DNA of 63,427 nt, counting the filler, from Octopus bimaculoides (Eukaryota): the NCBI RefSeq assembly GCF_001194135.2. It is 6 parts of 5 records of this genome, joined end to end, with 100 filler letters (N's around TTAATTAATTAA, not from the genome) between each part and the next. Parts side by side here need not be neighbours in the genome. Positions count along the whole stretch, not along the records: positions 62,108 to 63,427 come from NW_026413478.1; 5 more parts are not named here. One strand, written 5' to 3'. The position numbers were made by a program, and so were the translations under genes. Shown here piece by piece: positions 63,006 to 63,427 of the stretch (position 1 is the stretch's first letter; each line of letters starts with the position of its first letter). Below the pieces are notes generated by a model. The model had not been told where the DNA came from. It was given only the letters and a program-made list of their open reading frames with translations, and did no database searches.

Positions 63006-63251
63006 AGCAAATATATATATATATATATTTATGAATATTTCTATATTATACTATAATATATACAATTGATTCATGAGGGGTCATTGACATGTATTGAATT
63101 GACACTTCAGAATAATGAACAAAAGTTATTTGCTGTAGATAATAGAATTATCAATAAGTTATACCGATATGAAGTTGGGCATGTTTACATGATTACATTT
63201 ACATTTTACAAGCAAAATAAATACATACGTGTATATATGTGTGTGTGTGTT

Positions 63252-63295
<44 letters not shown>

Positions 63296-63427
63296 CACAC
63301 ACGCAAGTAGATAGAGAGATACACATACAAATTTACAAACACATGCAGATGCGTGTGTGTCTTGATTCAACAACTTGAGTGGTCCTTTATTGACCTTTGA
63401 ACAATGAAATGCAAAGTTAATCATGGC

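Overview
AT-rich animal DNA packed with microsatellites and roughly 6 kb of assembly gaps. The repeat families point to a cephalopod, probably Octopus; this is an inference from repeat content. I found no intact host protein-coding gene, and almost all track ORFs are microsatellite or N artefacts. The window is a transposon mosaic. (i) A decayed Penelope-like (Naiad-type) retroelement at 5.4-8.8 kb whose long 3' region ends in a canonical minimal type I hammerhead ribozyme. (ii) Further hammerhead motifs, including an inverted pair with a U4C core variant at 24.35-24.5 kb. (iii) An R2-type element (3 zinc fingers + Myb + RT) at 17.8-20.3 kb, outside rDNA, with its RT halves in permuted order. 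(iv) A near full-length RTE LINE at 43-46.3 kb with a PHD-type finger inside the RT region, facing away from a second RTE copy. (v) Dong/R4-type 3' ends attached to (TAA)n. (vi) Several MITEs, one with an 8-bp TSD and an inverted telomere-like core. (vii) Many tRNA-derived SINEs. (viii) A 23-aa periodic (STPR-like) coding relic. (ix) Three diverged local copies of a decayed coding segment with a signal-peptide-like start. All calls come from reading the sequence; no database searches were run.
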